In this document: positions 58,601 to 64,000 of the stretch, one piece after another
How the letters are laid out: each line of letters opens with the position of its first letter
How positions within the stretch are numbered: position 1 is the first letter of the stretch
DNA from: Eledone cirrhosa
Taxonomy: Eukaryota
Direction of reading: 5' to 3'
Length of the DNA stretch: 64,000 bases
Assembly (NCBI GenBank): GCA_964016885.1
Contig: OZ024765.1
Coordinates: 16,616,001-16,680,000 of the forward strand
Notes under the pieces: model-generated
The model's database searches: none
Told to the model about the DNA's origin: nothing
What the model saw: the letters and a program-made list of their open reading frames with translations, nothing else
Program-made: the position numbers and the translations under genes

Positions 58601-59883
58601 TCATACCACATTACACAACATTACCACACCACATCACAACCACCACTACAACACCACCACACCAACACCACTACCACCACACTACACCACCACACAACAC
58701 CACGACCACACCACAACACCACCACACCACAACCACCACCACACCACCACACAACACCACACCACCACCACACCACCACCACACTACACCACCACACTAC
58801 ACCACCACACCATATATATACACATACATATATACTTCATATATACACACATACATATATACCTTATATATATACACATACATATATACCTTATATATAT
58901 ACACACATACATATATAACTCCATATATATACACACATACATATATACCTCCATATATATACACACATACATATATACCTTATATATATATATATATATA
59001 CACACACATACATATATACCTTCATATATATATATATATATATACACACATACATATATACCTTCATATATATATATACACACATACATATATACCTTAT
59101 ATATATATACACACACATATATATATACCTTATATATATATATATACACACATACATATATACCTTCATGTATACACACATACATACACACCATATAATA
59201 ATAATAATGAAATTATTGTGTAAAGTGCTCAGGTGCACTACAACATATATATATATACACACATACATACACACCATATATATATACACACATCTACACA
59301 CCCTATACTCACACATATCTACACACCATATATATACACATATCTACACACCATATATATACACATATCTACACACCATATATACACATATCTACACACC
59401 ATATATACACACACATATCTACACACCCTATATATATATAGACTCACATCTACACCCACATATCTACACCATATATACACACATATCTACACACATACAT
59501 TCACATACATACATACCATATATACATACAGACATACAAACACACACACATATATACTTTCATGTATACACACACACATGTCTACACACCTTCATGTATA
59601 TACACATATACATTCACATACATACAGACATGTACAAACACACTTATTCATATATACTTTCATGTATATACACACACATATCTACACGCCATGTATATAC
59701 ACATATATATACATATACACATATATATACATATATATATATACTACATATATACCTCCCGTCTTTCTCTATATATACTTCATACACATATATACACACC
59801 AGCTGTCTCTCTCTCTATATATATATACATATACATACTTATATACATATATACATATACATACTTATATACATATATATACT

Positions 59884-59924
<41 letters not shown>

Positions 59925-59925
59925 T

Positions 59926-59961
<36 letters not shown>

Positions 59962-59965
59962 AACT

Positions 59966-59997
<32 letters not shown>

Positions 59998-59999
59998 CT

Positions 60000-60033
<34 letters not shown>

Positions 60034-60035
60034 CT

Positions 60036-60079
<44 letters not shown>

Positions 60080-60542
60080 CTTATATATATATATATATAT
60101 ATATACATATACTTATATATATATACATATATATATATACTTATATATATATATATATATATATACATATACTTATATATATATATATATACATATATAT
60201 ACTTATATATATATATATATATACATATATACTTATATATATATATACTTATATATATATACATACTTATATATATATATACTTATATATATATACTTAT
60301 ATATATATATACATACTTATATATACTTATATACATATACATATATGTATATATATACGTATACATATATACATACTTATATATATATACATATATACAT
60401 ATATATATATATGTATATATATACTTATATATATATACATATATACCACCCGTCTCTATATATACATATATATACTACATATACATATATACACACCACC
60501 CATCTCTCCCTATATATATATATATATATACAACCCGTCTCT

Positions 60543-60581
<39 letters not shown>

Positions 60582-62720
60582 CCACCCGTCTCTCTCTCTA
60601 TATATATACATATACACATATATATACATATATATATATATACACACACCACCCGTCTCTCTCTATATATACTACATGCACACTCTATATATACTACATG
60701 CACACTCTCTCTGTCTCTCTAATTGACATTTACTTTTCTAGTCTGTATGTCACATTTACCATTCAGCATTTTTACTTTCCACATCAATGTCTTAATACTA
60801 CTACTACTACTGCTACTACCACCACTACAACTACCACCACTACTACTACCACTACTACTACTACTACTAGTAGTAGTAGTAGTACTACTACTAGTACTAC
60901 TACTACTACTAGTAGTACTACTACTACTAGTACTACTACTACTACTAGTACTACTACTAGTACTACTACTACTACTAGTACTACTACTAGTACTACTACT
61001 ACTACTACCACTACTACCACTACTGCTACCATCACCACTAGTAACTCCCACCATCATCACCATAAGTACCACTACCAACACCACTACCACCACCACTCCT
61101 ACCACCACCAGCACCACTATAACTACCACCACCACCATCATCACCACCAACATTACCACCACCACCACTACCACCACCACAGCCACTACTACCACCAATA
61201 CCACCACCACTACCACCACCACGACCACCACCACCACTACTACACAGCCACTACTACCACCACCACTACTACACAGCCACTACTACCACCAACACCAGCA
61301 CCTCTACCACCACCGCCACTACCACAGCCACTACTACCACCAACACCACCAGCACCACCTCTACCACCACCAACACCACAGCCACTACTACCACCACCAC
61401 CACCACCACCACCCCTACTACTCATCACATGAAATAATAAGAAGCCAAGACAAACCACAAAGGTTTTAACTGACAAGAAAAAGAAGAGATGGCATTAAAA
61501 TCAGAAGAAATATTCCCTCCCCCACCATTTCTCCCACACACTACTACACCCACCACTTAATTTCCAATACCAGGCACCCCACCTTCTTATTCCCCCTCCC
61601 CTCCCCCACTAACCTCCTCCACTTATTAATTCCCACTTCATCTCCATCTCCACTCCTATTGTCCCCTTCCAGTTCTGCCAATACTATCAACACTGCCCAA
61701 CCACCAAACTCTAAATTTTTAAAAACTAAATCAAAGGCACTTCCACCAATACCACCAACACTACACTACTACCACCAACACTACACCACTACCAACAACA
61801 CTACACCACTACCAACACCATCACCACCAACACCACTAAACCACTACTAACAATACCAACAACACTACACCACTACCAACACAATCACCATCACCACCAA
61901 CACCACTAAACCACTACTAACAATACCAACAACACTACACCACTACCAACACAATCACCATCACCACCAACACCACTAAACCACTACTAACAATACCAAC
62001 AACACTACACCACTACTGACAACACCAACACCACCAAACCCCTACCAACAACACCAACACTACCAACACTACACCACACCAACACAATCACCATCACCAT
62101 CAACTACAACAGCACCTACACCACCAAACCACTACTAATAACACCAAAACTACCAACACTACACCACAACCATCAACATCACTACCAACAAAACCAACAC
62201 CACTACACCACTACAAACACAACCATCACCACCAACTATAACATCATTAACACCACACCATTTCTACCTACAACACCAACCACAACAACACCACCAACAT
62301 CACCAAGAAACACCACACCACCATCACCATCAACACTACTAACCACAACATCATCAACAAACACCAGGACCACCACCAACAACACCAATACCAACAACAC
62401 CAACATCACCAAGTAACACAACATCACCACCCCCAACCAAAATACCAACACCACCAACAACACCACCAAAAACATCACCAAGAAACACACCAACACCATT
62501 ACCCCCACCTACACCAATATCACCACCACCACCATCACACCACCACAACCACCATCACTATTCCACCAACACAACCATCACCACCACCACCCCACCACCA
62601 CAACATTCACCACTACCTTCACCACCACCACCACTGCCCCTCCACCACAACCATCACCACCACCACTACAACCATCACCACCACCACCACCACTAACACC
62701 CCCTCCCCCACCATCAATAT
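58600..62720. repeat. Successive CAC, TA/TACA/TACTTA, (TAC/TAG) and CAC/CAA arrays
   Basis: Directly visible. Confidence 0.92.
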
Positions 62721-63309
62721 CAACAAAATAACCCTCTTTATTAATTCCACACTTCACCTTCTACAGAAACATTTCATTCCATTTGTCATCTCTCTTATTT
62801 CTCATCACCAAAAGAAAGACTTAAAACCAAAGAAAAGAAAAAAAGAAAAAGAAAAGAAAAGAAAAGAAAAGAAAAGAAAAGAAAACAAAACAAAACAAAA
62901 GTAAAGAGAAAAAAAAATAAATAAATAAATAAAATAAAATAAAAATTAAATGAAATAAAATTAAAAAATAAAAATAATAAAAACGAGTAAATAAAATTAC
63001 AAAAGTGAAAGTAGAAAAAAAAAATAAAAAAAAAAGAAAAATTATGAAGAAAAGGTGAAAAGGAAGTGAAATCAGCAAAAGCCCGTAAGAATAAAATGGT
63101 GGACATCTTCCAATTCACGTTCTCGTCACTTTGTCGTAGACTGTCACGTCGTGACTGTCTGTAGGTGGGTGGGTGTAGAGGTGAAACAGGAGTAGGGTAG
63201 TGGCGTGTTGAAGACATCAATAGTGTATATGTGTGTGTGTATATATATATATCATCATCGTCATCAGTGTTTTAACATCCACTCCCCCCCACCCCGCTAA
63301 CAAGGGTTG

Positions 63310-63706
63310 GACATATATATATGTATATATATATATATATATGTGTATATATATATATACATATATATATACATATATATATATACATACATATATATAC
63401 ATATATATGTATACATATATATATATACACATATATATACACATATATATATATATGTATATATATATACATATATATATATATGTATATATATATACAT
63501 ATATATATATATATGTATATATATATACATATATATATACACATATATATACATATATATACATATATATATACATATATATACATATATATATACATGT
63601 ATATATACATATATGTATATATACATATATGTATATATACATATATGTATATATACATATATGTATATATACATATATGTATATATACATATATGTATAT
63701 ATACAT
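63310..63706. repeat. TA/TACA/TATG microsatellite
   Basis: Directly visible. Confidence 0.95.
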
Positions 63707-63914
63707 AGGAGAAGGCATCTCAGGAAACTGGGTTAACTCCGATATAAAACCTGCGGCTCAGTAGTTACCGATGATGTTGATCTTTTCTTCTTTTCGGGTT
63801 ATAGCTACTGTCGCTCAGAGAGTGGGATTGGTTCAGTGCACAGTCTTTCCTCACTTTAAAAATATTCGTCACGCACAGGCATTGCACGAGTGCATTAATA
63901 ATTATTAATAGTGT

Positions 63915-63949
<35 letters not shown>

Positions 63950-63954
63950 TATTA

Positions 63955-63987
<33 letters not shown>

Positions 63988-64000
63988 CCAATTCAATGAT

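Noticed and set aside
57004-59223. 739-aa His/Thr/Tyr/Pro extensin-like ORF
   Set aside because: The 65-bp period is not a multiple of 3 and all frames cycle; minisatellite

Overview
AT-rich, microsatellite-saturated eukaryotic DNA. The repeat content (tRNA-derived SINEs with (ATG)n or (ATT)n tails, RTE LINEs, TTAA-flanked MITEs) resembles an octopod cephalopod genome; this is an inference, not verified. I could not support any host protein-coding exon, and nearly all ORFs in the track are translations of (TA)/(TACA)/(CAC) repeats. Real coding remnants are RTE non-LTR retrotransposons (a 5'-truncated APE-RT copy at 31487-34562 on the minus strand, a second young copy at 17036-18813 on the plus strand, several fragments) and a SINE-interrupted Tc1 transposon (51815-53438). 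The most notable signal is a set of about a dozen minimal type-I hammerhead-ribozyme motifs from at least six sequence-unrelated families, probably Penelope-like element ends. Most sit in fold-back cassettes inserted into (TA)n runs with a recurring layout: TA run, full 3' tail, ribozyme, spacer, inverted ribozyme copy with truncated tail, TA run. One is a near-perfect 1.46 kb zero-spacer palindrome (589-2052). All folds were paired by eye; none was computed or tested.
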